A stretch of DNA of 64,000 bases, from the NCBI GenBank assembly GCA_963758635.1, contig CAVWWD010000009.1:1-64000 (forward strand), written 5' to 3'. The stretch's first letter is position 1. Each line of letters starts with the position of its first letter. A model generated the notes under the pieces. That model saw only the letters and a list, made by a program, of their open reading frames with translations. It did not search any database and was not told the DNA's origin. Below are positions 54,013 to 64,000 of this stretch, piece by piece. Source of the DNA: an uncultured Candidatus Rokubacteria bacterium. GTDB taxonomy: Bacteria > Methylomirabilota > Methylomirabilia > Rokubacteriales > CSP1-6. The translations under genes were made by a program, and so were the position numbers.

Positions 54013-56133
54013 ATGGCCATCACGCGGCAGTTCAAGGTTCTCAACGTCGATGACTACCAGGCCGGTCTCTACGCGAAGTCGCGGACCCTCCGCGAGGCCG
54101 GCTTCGAGGTGATCGAGGCCGGCACGGGCGCGGAGGCCATCCGCAAGGCGGAGACGGAGGCCCCCGATCTCGCCCTGCTCGACATCCGGCTCCCCGACAT
54201 GAGCGGCATCCAGGTGTCCCGCCACCTCAAGGCCGGCGTCGCCACCGCCTCCATCCTGATCCTGCAGATCTCCGCCACGTACACGGGCGGGGACACACCG
54301 CGTGGAGGCGCTCGACGCCGGCGCCGACAGCTACATGGTCGAGCCGGTCGAGCCGCGCGAGCTGGTGGCCAACGTGCGCGCGCTGCTCCGACTGCGCGCG
54401 GCCGAGGAGCCAGGTGCGGGCGACCGCCGCGGAGGCGGAGGACCGCCGGCGCGAGGCCGAGACCTTCGCCGCGCTCGCGAGCGCCATGAGCGCCTCCCTC
54501 GACCTCGAGCCCACGCTGCACGCCATCGGACGCGCCACCCGCACGCTCTGCCGGTGCGACTTCGCGTGGCTCGCGCTTCGCGATTCCGAGACCGGCGACC
54601 TCGCGATCCGGTACCGGGTGGACGACGACTTCCGGCTCTACGATCCCCCGCACCGCCTGACCCTTCGGCCCGGGCCTCGGCGCCGAGGTGATGCGCACGA
54701 GCCGTCCCGTCCGGAGCGTCTACGGATCCGGCGGCGCGCCCGGCGACGGGGCCGACGACCTGCTCGCGCGCACCGAGGGCGTGGGCGCCGTCCTCGCCGT
54801 TCCCGTCCAGGTCTACGGCCGGCTCGCCGGCCTCATCTACGCGCTCAACCGGGCCCCCGAGCCCTTCGGGGCGGCGAGCGAGTTGACGCTCGAGCGCATC
54901 GCCAGCCACGCCGCGCTCGCCATCCGCAACAGCCAGCTCTTCGCCCGCGAGCAGGCGGCCCGCGCCGACGCCGAGACGGCCAACCGGGCGAAGGACCAGT
55001 TCCTCGCCGTGCTGTCCCACGAGCTGCGCACGCCGCTGCAGCCCATCATCGGGTGGGTGCACGTGGTCCGCGCCACCGGCTTCGAGCGGTCGACCATGAT
55101 CCACGCGCTCGAGGTGATCGAGCGCAACATCCGCGCGCAGACGCAGCTCGTGGACGACCTGCTCGACGTCTCGGGCATCATCAACGGCAAGCTCCGCCTC
55201 GAGGTCCAGGTGATCGCGCTCCGCCGCGTCGTGGAGGCGGCGGTGGAGGTCGTGCGTCCGGCCGCGAATGCCAAGGCCGTCACCATCACGACCTCGCTCC
55301 GTACCTCCAGCCCCGTGATGGGGGACGCCGCGCGCCTGCAGCAGGTGGTGTGGAACCTGATGTCGAACGCGGTGAAGTTCACGCCACGGGGCGGGACCGT
55401 CGACGTGACGCTGGACCGCGTGAACTCCCACGTGGAGATCGCCGTCAAGGACACCGGACAGGGCATCGAGCGTGACTTCCTGCCCTACGTGTTCGACCGC
55501 TTCCGCCAGGCCGACAGCTCGACGACGCGCAAGGCCGCCGGCCTCGGGCTCGGCCTCGCCATCGTCCGGCACCTGGTGGAGCTGCACGGCGGCACGGTGG
55601 CGGCCGACAGCCCCGGCGAAGGGCAGGGCGCGACCTTCTCCGTCCGCCTGCCCGTGCTGGCCATCGCACCCGTCCGAGCGCCGGCCGTGGCCGAGCGCGA
55701 GCCGCCGTCGTCGGTCGAGGTTCCCTCGATCGCCGGCGTGCGCGTCCTCGTGGTGGACGACCAGCCGGATGGGCGCGAGCTGATGCAGGTGCTGCTGGCG
55801 GGAGCGGGCGCGGTGGTGGACACGGCGAGCTCAGCGGACGAGGCGCTGGCCGCGCTCGCACGATTCCGGCCCGACGTGATCCTCGCCGACCTCGAGATGC
55901 CGGGGACCGACGGCTACGCGCTGATCCGCGAGATCCGCGCGCGGTCCGTCGAGCAAGGCGGACATACGCCGGCCGCTGCCGTCTCCGCCCACGTCCGTCC
56001 CCAGGACCGGACGCGGGCGCTCGCCGCCGGGTTCCAGACCCACATCGCGAAGCCCGCCACGCCCACCGAGGTCCTCGCCACGGTCGCCGCCCTCAGCGGC
56101 CGGCCGTGGCGCGCCTTGACCGAAGGGGCTTGA
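54013..56133 (+). CDS. REC-GAF-HisKA-HATPase-REC hybrid kinase (frameshifts)
   Basis: [38 protein letters not shown]. Confidence 0.9.
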
Positions 56134-56199
56134 CGCCTCGGCTACCCGCCCCCGTCCTCGTCCCGGCGCGCGAAGTACCGGCGTACGTGCTCGTGCAGC

Positions 56200-56502
56200 T
56201 CACCGGGAAGACCCGAAGACCAGGTCGCAGTCCACCCACGCCACCGCCTCGCAGCGGTCCGGAAGGAGGCTCAGGGCCACGTTCAGGAGCCGCTCCTTCT
56301 GCCAGAGGACGTTGTGCCCCTCGACCCGCACGAGGACGTTGGCGTCGCCGGCCTCGAGCTCGGGCCGGCCGCCGTAGACGAGCTCCACCGCGACCAGCGG
56401 CACGGCGAGCCGCTCGCGGAACGTCCGGAAGTTCTCGAGCCGAGTCCGGTAGCGGCACGGGTTGAAGTACGCGGTGACCGCCCACAGCCGCCCGTCGCTC
56501 AT
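56200..56502 (-). pseudogene. Truncated glycosyltransferase-like gene
   Basis: LWAVTAYFNP..LWQKERLLNVAL..VAWVDCD, then stop just after the DxD motif; ATGA-coupled to the A-PCP gene. Confidence 0.55.
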
Positions 56503-58397
56503 GCCGGCGCCTCCGGCGCCGGCGGCGCCTCCAGCGCCTCGAGCGCGGCGGCGAGCGCGGGGTCGCCGGCGCCGGCGGCGAGCGCGGCGACGACGACCTC
56601 CGCCATGTCCGCGACGGTTCCCGCCTCGAGCAGCGATCCTGGCGGCAGCAGCAGCGCGAAGTGCTCGAGCACGCGCGAGGCGACCTGCGTGGCCATGAGC
56701 GAGTCGCCGCCCAGCTCGAGGAACGCGTCGTGGACGCCCACGCGGTCGAGGTGCAGCACCTCCGCCCAGAGCGCGGCGAGCCTCTCCTCCACCGGCGCGC
56801 GCGGCGCCACGTACGCGGTGTCCAGCGCCGGTCGCACGCGATCCGGCGCGGGCAGCGCGCGGCGATCGATCTTCCCCGTCGCCGTGCGGGGGAAGGCGTC
56901 GAGCACCACGAAGGTCGCCGGCACCATGAACGCGGGCAGCCGGGCCGCCACCACCTGGCGGAGCGCGGTCACGCTGGGCGCGACCGGTCCTTCCGGCACG
57001 ATGTACGCGACCAGCCGGGTCGTCCCCGGCTCCAGCTCCTGGCCGACGACCGCGGCGGCCCGGACCGCCTCGTGCTCGAGCAGCGCCGCCTCCACCTCCG
57101 AGACGTGGACACGGTTGCCGTTGATCTTGACCTGGAAGTCCCGCCGCCCGAGGTGGAACAGGCAGCCGTCGTCGCCGATGCGCCCCACGTCGCCGGTGCG
57201 GTAGATCCGCCGGCCGTCCTCCTCCACGCGCCCGAACGCCGCGGCGGTCGCCTCCGGCATCTGCCAGTAGCCGGCGGCGCCGTACCGGCTGCGGATCGCG
57301 ATCTCTCCCGCGTCGCCCGCGGGCGCCGGCGCCCCGTCCTCGTCGAGCAGCAGGATCTCCACGTCCCGGGCGGGGTAGCCGGCGGGCACCACGCCGCCGG
57401 GGAGCGCGCCGCGCCGGTCCACGAAGAAGTGCGCGAAGTCGCCGTACTCGCTGGTGCCGAGCGTGCTCACGAGGAGGCAGTCCTCGCCGAAGTGCTTCCG
57501 GTGGAGCTCCACGTCCCGCTCGTAGACCGGCTCGCCGAACAGCTCGATGAGCCGCAGGTCGGGGAAGCGCTCGACGCCGGTGAGGGCGCCCGCGAAGGTG
57601 CGGAACACGGAGACCGGCCAGCGGAGCACGGTGACGCGCTCGGACACGACCCACCCGGCGAGGCGGGCGAGCACGTCGGGCTGGCGCTCCACCGGGTAGA
57701 AGGTGGCTCCGGTCAGGAGCGCGTGCAGGTGGTTCACGATCCCGCGCCCGGGCAGGAGCAGACGATCGTCCGCGCAGAGGCGCGCCATGTTGGTGTGCCG
57801 GAGCACGTCGTGGACCACGCCGCGATGGTTTCTCGAAATTCCCTTGGGATGACCGGTGGAGCCCGACGTGTACTCGATCGCGACGTGCGTGTCGGGCCCG
57901 AGCGGGCGTCCCGGGTTCGCGCTCGAGCCGTGAGCGCCGAGGGCCTCGAGCGCGAGCACGGCGCGCCCGGGCCCGGCGATCTCGCGCGCGACCGCGGCGT
58001 CACGCTCGCGCGCGACCACCACCTGGGCTCCCGACTGCTCGAGCATGTAGGTCAGGCGCGCCCGCGGGTGATGGATGTCCATCGGGACCTGGACGATCCC
58101 GGCCTTCACGCCGCCCATGGACGCGGTGACGAAGCCGGTCCCGGCGTCGAGCAGGAGCGCGACCCGTCCGTCCCGGACGCGCTCGATCAGCGAGTGAGCG
58201 ATCCGGTTGGCGGCCTCGTTCAGCTCCCGGTAGGTGAGCGACGCCTCCGGCGCGCGCAGCGCGAGGCGATCAGGGGCACGACGGACCTGGGCCTCGAACA
58301 GCTCGGAGATCGGCCGCTCGACGCTCTCGCGCGGGAACTCCACGAAGGCGCCGCTCGCATGGCGGCAGCGGGCACGGAGCGACTCGTCGGCTCGCAC
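56499..58397 (-). CDS. Stand-alone NRPS-type adenylation + carrier protein didomain
   Basis: LTYRELN, YTSGSTGHPKG, GEIAIRS, YRTGDVGR, QVKING, TGKIDR, FLELGGDSL. Confidence 0.9.
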   Translation of the reverse strand: MRADESLRARCRHASGAFVEFPRESVERPISELFEAQVRRAPDRLALRAPEASLTYRELNEAANRIAHSLIERVRDGRVALLLDAGTGFVTASMGGVKAGIVQVPMDIHHPRARLTYMLEQSGAQVVVARERDAAVAREIAGPGRAVLALEALGAHGSSANPGRPLGPDTHVAIEYTSGSTGHPKGISRNHRGVVHDVLRHTNMARLCADDRLLLPGRGIVNHLHALLTGATFYPVERQPDVLARLAGWVVSERVTVLRWPVSVFRTFAGALTGVERFPDLRLIELFGEPVYERDVELHRKHFGEDCLLVSTLGTSEYGDFAHFFVDRRGALPGGVVPAGYPARDVEILLLDEDGAPAPAGDAGEIAIRSRYGAAGYWQMPEATAAAFGRVEEDGRRIYRTGDVGRIGDDGCLFHLGRRDFQVKINGNRVHVSEVEAALLEHEAVRAAAVVGQELEPGTTRLVAYIVPEGPVAPSVTALRQVVAARLPAFMVPATFVVLDAFPRTATGKIDRRALPAPDRVRPALDTAYVAPRAPVEERLAALWAEVLHLDRVGVHDAFLELGGDSLMATQVASRVLEHFALLLPPGSLLEAGTVADMAEVVVAALAAGAGDPALAAALEALEAPPAPEAPA

Positions 58398-58596
58398 GGA
58401 TCTCGGCGGCACGGTAGTAGGACCCCGACGACTAACATCACGATGCGTGCCACCGCCACCACGGGCACGGGCGGGCCCCGAAGCTCCTGCCGATTCAGGC
58501 GCTTGGGCCTCCCAGTAAGGGCACGATCCAGGCGCCGCGTCAGAGATCTGTAAGACTTCTCGACAGGTCGGCGCGCTGAAGTGGAGCGTCCCCGCT

Positions 58597-58666
58597 AGAC
58601 TAGTGATCCTCGCAGAATACGGTAACCGCCACGGGCCTCTACAATCCCACCGCTCGGCACTAGTCT
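58597..58666. mobile_element. 70-bp MITE-like or IS scar with inverted ends
   Basis: AGACTAGTG..CACTAGTCT perfect 9-bp IR containing CTAG; lower-GC interior. Confidence 0.4.
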
Positions 58667-58681
58667 GATGCGCGGGGCTCA

Positions 58682-59779
58682 TCAGTCGAACATCAGCACG
58701 GAGCGGGCGACCTCGCCGGCCTTCATCGCGCGGAACGCCTCGTTGATGTCGTCCAGCCGCCCGCGGCGGGTCACCATCTCGTCGAGCAGGAGCCGCCCCT
58801 GCTTGTAGAACTCGAGGTAGCGGGGAATGTCCGTGCGGAACTGGTTGGAGCCCATCCGTGACGTTTGCACCTTGCACTCCGGCCGGATCGCCATCCACGG
58901 GAACTCGATCTTCGCGTCCGGGGGAAGCACGCCGACGATCGTGGCGGTGCCGCGGATGGCCAGGCTCTCGATCGCCTGCCGGACCAGCGTCGCGTTGCCG
59001 ACCGCCTCGAACGAGTGGTCGACGCCCGCGCCCTTGGTGAGCGCGCGCACCGCCTTCACGGGATCGTCGTTCGCGCTGTTCACGGTGTGGGTGGCGCCCA
59101 CGCGCTTGGCCATCTCGAGCTTCCCGTCGAACATGTCGACGGCGATGATCTGGATGGCGCCGCCGATCCGCGCGCCCTGGACGATCGACAGGCCCACGCC
59201 GCCGCAGCCGAAGACGGCGACCGTCTGGCCCGGCTGGAGGCCAGCCGAGCGCAGCGCCGCGCCCACGCCGGTGAGCACGCCGCAGCCCACGAGCGCGGCG
59301 CGGTCCAGCGGCAGCTCGGGGTCGATCTTCACGATGGAGTTCTCGTGCAGCAGCATGCGCTCGGCGTAGCTCGAGATGCCGATGAACTGGGACAACGGCT
59401 GGCCGCCCTGGGACAGCCGCGGCGGGTCGGAGGCGCCGCGCGTCACGATGCCGCCCACGCAGAGGTTGGGGTGCCCGCTCAGGCACTGCGGGCAGTTCCC
59501 GCAGAACCCGGAGAGGCACGCCACCACGTGGTCGCCCGGCTTGACGCTGGTCACGTCCTTGCCCACCGTCTCGACGACGCCCGCGCCCTCGTGCCCCAGC
59601 ACGATGGGCCGATCCAGCGAGAACCGGCCGATGCCGTCCACGATGTGCAGGTCGCTGTGGCAGACGCCGGTCGCCACGGTGCGGACGACCACCTCGCGAG
59701 CGAGCGGCTTGTCGATGTCGATCGCCTCGACGCTGACGGGCTGGAGCGGCTTCCGGCACACCGCGGCTTGAATAGTCAT
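58682..59779 (-). CDS. Zn-dependent alcohol dehydrogenase
   Basis: GVCHSD, GHEGAG, CGNCPQC..C, FGCGGVG. Confidence 0.95.
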   Translation of the reverse strand: MTIQAAVCRKPLQPVSVEAIDIDKPLAREVVVRTVATGVCHSDLHIVDGIGRFSLDRPIVLGHEGAGVVETVGKDVTSVKPGDHVVACLSGFCGNCPQCLSGHPNLCVGGIVTRGASDPPRLSQGGQPLSQFIGISSYAERMLLHENSIVKIDPELPLDRAALVGCGVLTGVGAALRSAGLQPGQTVAVFGCGGVGLSIVQGARIGGAIQIIAVDMFDGKLEMAKRVGATHTVNSANDDPVKAVRALTKGAGVDHSFEAVGNATLVRQAIESLAIRGTATIVGVLPPDAKIEFPWMAIRPECKVQTSRMGSNQFRTDIPRYLEFYKQGRLLLDEMVTRRGRLDDINEAFRAMKAGEVARSVLMFD

Positions 59780-59804
59780 CTGGGATGCTCCTTGGATGTA
59801 GGGG

Positions 59805-60929
59805 TCACCACGCCAGCGCATCGGCCATGGCGCGCTTGTGCCACCGTGGGTCCCCCAGGTAGTGGAACAGCGTGCGCGACATCTGGGTGTGGACGGCGAG
59901 GCCGTACTCGACGAGGCTCCCCATGCCCGCGTGCACCTCGTGGGCCGCGTTGCACGCCTCCAGGTACGCCTCGCTCGCCACCGCCTTGGCCATGTGCACG
60001 GCGGCGGTCGCGGGACGCCCGGTGTCGAGCTTCCAGAGCGCCTCGCCCGTGGTCCAGCGCGCGCTGTCGAGGTGGTTGACGAGCCGGATGACGTGGTCCT
60101 GCACGCGCTGGAACTTGCCGATGGGCACGCCGAACTGCACGCGCTCGCGGCTGTGGACGACCGACATGTCGAAGACCGCCTGACACCCGCCCACCATGTA
60201 CGCGCACAGGATGGGCCACGCCCGCTCGAGCGCGCGTGTGAGCACGGCCCAGCCCTGGCCCTCGCCGCCGCCGATGACGTTCGCGGCCGGGACCTCCACG
60301 CGGTCGAAGGTCAGCTCGCACTGCCACGAGAGGAAGCCGGGCAGCCGCCGGGCCGACACGCCGCGCGCGTGCGCGTCCACCAGCAGCAGGCTCACCTCCG
60401 TGGGACGATCGCCCGTCCGCACCGCCACGATGAGATGCGTAGCCTCGGTGGCGTCCGACACGAAGAGCTTCGCCCCGTCGAGACGATAGCCGCCGTTGTC
60501 CCGCTGCGGCGTCATGGTCACGCCCTGCGGTCCCCACGAGGCGTTGGGCTCCGTGATGGCCACGGAGAGCACGGTCTCGCCGCGGGCCACCGCGGGCAGG
60601 AGCCGCTCCCGCTGAGCAGCCGTGGCGCCCTCCATCAGGATCAGCGCGCCGAGAACCCCCGAGGCGAAGAACGGTCCGGGGAGCGGGCCGCGCCCCAGCT
60701 CCTCGTACAGCACGGCGGCGTCGCCGAGCGAGCTGCCGCTGCCGCCATGCTCGGCGGGCACGAGGATGCCGAGCCAGCCGAGGGCCGACGCCTTCCGCCA
60801 GAGGTCGGGCGGAAGCGTCGAGGTCTGACGATGCAGCGCGATCACGACGTGCTTCGGCGCCTCGCGCTCCATGAACGCGCGCGCCGTGGACTTCAGCAGC
60901 TCCTGGCTCTCCGTGAGCGCGAGATCCAT
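59805..60929 (-). CDS. Acyl-CoA dehydrogenase (partner-subunit type)
   Basis: LGWLGILVPAEHGG, RVQFGVPIGKFQ, HEVHAGMG. Confidence 0.9.
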   Translation of the reverse strand: MDLALTESQELLKSTARAFMEREAPKHVVIALHRQTSTLPPDLWRKASALGWLGILVPAEHGGSGSSLGDAAVLYEELGRGPLPGPFFASGVLGALILMEGATAAQRERLLPAVARGETVLSVAITEPNASWGPQGVTMTPQRDNGGYRLDGAKLFVSDATEATHLIVAVRTGDRPTEVSLLLVDAHARGVSARRLPGFLSWQCELTFDRVEVPAANVIGGGEGQGWAVLTRALERAWPILCAYMVGGCQAVFDMSVVHSRERVQFGVPIGKFQRVQDHVIRLVNHLDSARWTTGEALWKLDTGRPATAAVHMAKAVASEAYLEACNAAHEVHAGMGSLVEYGLAVHTQMSRTLFHYLGDPRWHKRAMADALAW

Positions 60930-61030
60930 GTAGCCTGTGGGGGAGCGGCGCCGCCCTCCCCCACTCCCCCGCTACATGGCCCACCGTGCCGGCGAACCCA
61001 CGTGGGACCTCTCCGAATCCTCCGCATGGC

Positions 61031-62247
61031 CTAGCATGCCGTCGCGCGCGGCCGATGCCGATGCGCCGGGACATGCTGACCCGCTGGATATCCGCGGTGC
61101 CGCCCGGGTGCACGGCGACGATCCCGTTGCGCTGCTGCAGCTCGAGGAAACCGTCGGACGAGCCCCACGTGGGATCGCTGGTCAGCGCGCCCGGGCCCAC
61201 CGCCTCGAGGATGGCGCCGGTCATCCAGAGGCCGGCCATCTTCCGGTAGTAGGAGAGCTGCGGCCCCTCGTAGGAGCGCGGGCGCTTCGCGTAGGTGAGC
61301 CAGAAGTTCCGCAGCCCGAACAGCCGCTGCACCTCGGCCTTGATGTAGACGTCGGCCAGGACGTCGCGCACGTCGGCGTGCTGGGCGAGCGGCATGCCGT
61401 CGCGCTTCGTCTCCTGGCAATGGCGGAGCAGGCGCTCCCATAGCCGGTTGCGTCCGATGCGGCCGCCCGCCCCGTGCTCGAGCTCGAGATGCGTGCTCGC
61501 CGCGCGCCAGCCCTGGTTCTCGCCGCCCACCAGGGCGAACGCGGGCACGCGCACGTTGTCGAAGAACACGGTGTTCTTCACGCCGCTGTCCGTGCCGCCC
61601 TCGCCGCCCGTGCCCATCAGCTCCATGGGCTGGACGGTGATGCCGGGCAGCTTCGCGTCGATCATGAACCACGAGAGGTTCTGGTGGCGGGCGCCCTTCG
61701 GGTCGGTGCACGCGATCATCCAGATGCGGTCGGCGCCGTTGTCGCTGCCCACGAAGATCTTCTGGCCGTTCAGCACGTACTCGTTCCCGTCGCGGATGGC
61801 GGGCATGGTGACGCCGGCCAGGTCCGAGCCCGCGCCGGGCTCGGTGAGGAGCTGCCAGGTGCGCACCTCGCCCCGATAGATCGGCGGCAGGAACGCCTGC
61901 TTTTGCTCCTCGGTGCCCCACACCTGGATCGTCGCCGCGCCGAGCCGGCCGCCGCTGTCGTAGTAGGGCGGCAGCGACAGGTCGAAGCGGTCCACCTCCT
62001 CCTCGAGGATGATCGTGTGGTCCACGTCGAGACCGGCGCCGCCGTACGTCACGGGCGCGCGGGGATAGAGCCAGCCCTTGTCGCCGAGCTTCCGGCCGAA
62101 GGCGCGGAGCTCGAGGTAGCGCTGGTAGTTGTCCTCGGGGGAGACGGGCACCCGCTTGATGCTCGGCGAGACGTTCGCCTCGAGCCAGGCGCGCACCTCC
62201 CGGCGGAAGCGCTGCTGCTCCTCGGTGTAGGTGACCTCGAAGTCCAT
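61031..62247 (-). CDS. Acyl-CoA dehydrogenase (3' frameshift)
   Basis: LTEPGAGSDLA, NGQKIF, VFFDNVRVP, GGTADIQR. Confidence 0.9.
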
Positions 62248-62452
62248 CGGGGCGTCTCTCCCTCCCGGACCGGCCCCTGCCGGCGCCGGTCCCGCGTCCG
62301 TCCATTCCGATCAAGCGCGTGCCGGTTTCCTCACGCCGGGCGTCGCCGCCCGGCCCTCCGCGCCCGGGACCTCCCGGGCACCGGCAGTATACTTCCGTTG
62401 CGGCCGAGCCGCGGCCGCCGCCCCATCACTCATCGCGAGACGAGGAGACACC

Positions 62453-63571
62453 ATGCCACGAGGGCTCACCGCCGTGCTCGTCCAACCCGGAAAGCCGCTG
62501 GAGCTGGAGACGCTGCCCACGCCCGAGGTCGAGCCAGGCGGCATGCTGATCAGGAACACCGCGGCGGCGATCTGCGGCTCCGACCTGCACTACTGGCGCA
62601 ACGACGGCCGCTACGAGGGGCCCGACCTGCGCCGCGTGCCCGGCCACGAGTTCACCGGCGTCGTCCATAGCCTCGGGCGCGGCGTCACCACCGACTCGCT
62701 CCGGCGGCCGCTCAAGGAAGGCGACCGCGTGGCGTTTCCGTTCTTCAACCCGTGCAACCGCTGCTACTGGTGCATCCGCGGCGAGCATCACGCGTGCCCG
62801 CACCGCACGCGCAAGAGCCAGCAGCTCACGCTCAAGGAGTATCCATACTGCGACGGCGGCTACGCCGAGTACTACTACCTGCCGCCCGGTCACTACGCGT
62901 TCACCGTGCCCGACAGCCTGCCCGACGAGGCCATCGCCCCCGTGAACTGCGCGCTGTGCCAGGTGCTCTACGGCATCGAGCAGGCGGAGATGAGGTTCGG
63001 CGACGTCGTGGTCGTCCAGGGCGCGGGCGGCCTCGGCGTCTACGCGGCGGCGGTGGCCGCGGAGCGCGGCGCCTCGCGCGTGATCTCGATCGACGGGCAG
63101 CGGCCACGCCTGGACCTGGCCCTTCAATGCGGGGCCACCGACGTGATCGACATGAACGAGCACCCGACGCCCGAGGCGCGCGTGAAGCGCGTCAAGGAGC
63201 TCACCGACGGCCGCGGCGCCGACATCGTGGTGGAGGTGGTGGGCGTGCCCGCGGCCACCATCGAGGGGCTCGACATGGTGCGCATCAACGGCAAGTTCGT
63301 GGACATCGGCAACATCGTGCCCCAGCCCGTGACGCTGCCCGCGACCAAGGTCATCACCCAGCAGATCAAGTGGCAGGGCGTGACGCACTACGATCCGTGG
63401 ATCGTGCCCGCTGCCCTCGACTTCCTCGTGCGCACGCGCGAGCGCTACCCTCTCGCCCGGATCGTCTCGCACAGCTTCCCCCTCGCGGAGATCAACAAGG
63501 CCTTCGAGCTCGCGGAGTGGCAGGGCAAGGCCGCGGGCACCGCGGCGACCCGAGTGATCCTCAAGCCGTGA
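62453..63571 (+). CDS. Zn-binding alcohol dehydrogenase
   Basis: ICGSDLH, GHEFTG, CNRCYWC, QGAGGLG. Confidence 0.95.
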   Translation: MPRGLTAVLVQPGKPLELETLPTPEVEPGGMLIRNTAAAICGSDLHYWRNDGRYEGPDLRRVPGHEFTGVVHSLGRGVTTDSLRRPLKEGDRVAFPFFNPCNRCYWCIRGEHHACPHRTRKSQQLTLKEYPYCDGGYAEYYYLPPGHYAFTVPDSLPDEAIAPVNCALCQVLYGIEQAEMRFGDVVVVQGAGGLGVYAAAVAAERGASRVISIDGQRPRLDLALQCGATDVIDMNEHPTPEARVKRVKELTDGRGADIVVEVVGVPAATIEGLDMVRINGKFVDIGNIVPQPVTLPATKVITQQIKWQGVTHYDPWIVPAALDFLVRTRERYPLARIVSHSFPLAEINKAFELAEWQGKAAGTAATRVILKP

Positions 63572-63704
63572 GGCGGGGCGGGCGCCGTCCCCGCCGTGCC
63601 CGGCTCGCCGACTTCGAGAGCGGACGCGGGCCGGTCATCGTGACTCTTGCCGGCCTCGGGGCGACCTGGAGGCCGCGCCACGAAGGGCATCGAAGGAGGC
63701 GCTC

Positions 63705-64000
63705 ATGACCTATACGCCCGCCGTCGTCCTCGAGTACCTCCAGCGCACCGGGATATCGACCGCGCAGGGCGCGCTCCGCATCGGGCTTGTCCTGCTCGCC
63801 GGCTACGTCGGCTTACGCCTGCTCGGGGGGGCATTCACGCGCCTCGAGAGCGTGGTGACCAAGGCGAGCCAGCTCCGGGGCGCCAAGAGCACCGCGACCA
63901 CCCGGATCACGACCTTCGTCAGCGTGCTCCGCACGCTCACCCTCGTCACGATGTGGAGCGTGGTGTTCGTGATCGTCCTCGCCCAGCTCGGCTTCGACAT
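63705..64000 (+). CDS. MscS-family mechanosensitive channel, N-terminal part (runs off window end)
   Basis: Manual translation MTYTPAV..LRIGLVLLAGYV..RITTFVSVLR..IVLAQLGFD; AAGGAGG RBS; MscS core lies outside window. Confidence 0.6.
   Translation, partial: MTYTPAVVLEYLQRTGISTAQGALRIGLVLLAGYVGLRLLGGAFTRLESVVTKASQLRGAKSTATTRITTFVSVLRTLTLVTMWSVVFVIVLAQLGFD

Noticed and set aside
56499..59759. 1086-aa ORF suggesting a larger NRPS
   Set aside because: The N-terminal part is an off-frame reading of the ADH gene and intergenic DNA; NRPS motifs begin only after about 58397.
1..64000. Many long antisense or alternate-frame ORFs rich in R/A/G/P
   Set aside because: Expected shadow ORFs in very high-GC DNA; no family motifs.
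1..64000. Scattered frameshifts as programmed frameshifting or mass pseudogenisation
   Set aside because: They hit unrelated genes whose motifs are otherwise intact, which fits long-read indel error better.

Overview
Very GC-rich bacterial DNA. Gene content (many LLM oxidoreductases, amidohydrolases, acyl-CoA dehydrogenases, multi-GAF kinases, DRR/ERR micro-proteins) suggests Candidatus Rokubacteria/Methylomirabilota; this is inference only. Many genes carry 1-nt frameshifts typical of an unpolished long-read assembly, so several long ORFs in the track are chimeras and some boundaries below are approximate. 1-21 kb and 41-64 kb are mostly catabolic, redox and transport genes, plus a complete stressosome operon (rsbR-S-T-X-like, two hybrid kinases) and a stand-alone NRPS A-PCP gene. 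The notable part is 21-42 kb: a minus-strand signalling chain of two paralogous giant hybrid kinases (8 and 7 tandem GAF modules), a single-domain response regulator and a HisKA-REC-adenylate/guanylate cyclase. Its intergenic gaps are filled with self-promoted type II PIN toxin-antitoxin cassettes in several states of decay. One cassette is bracketed by a duplicate of the kinase 3' tail, and one toxin is reduced to an 18-nt first-codons/last-codons scar. No integrase, transposase, CRISPR array, tRNA or rRNA was recognised.
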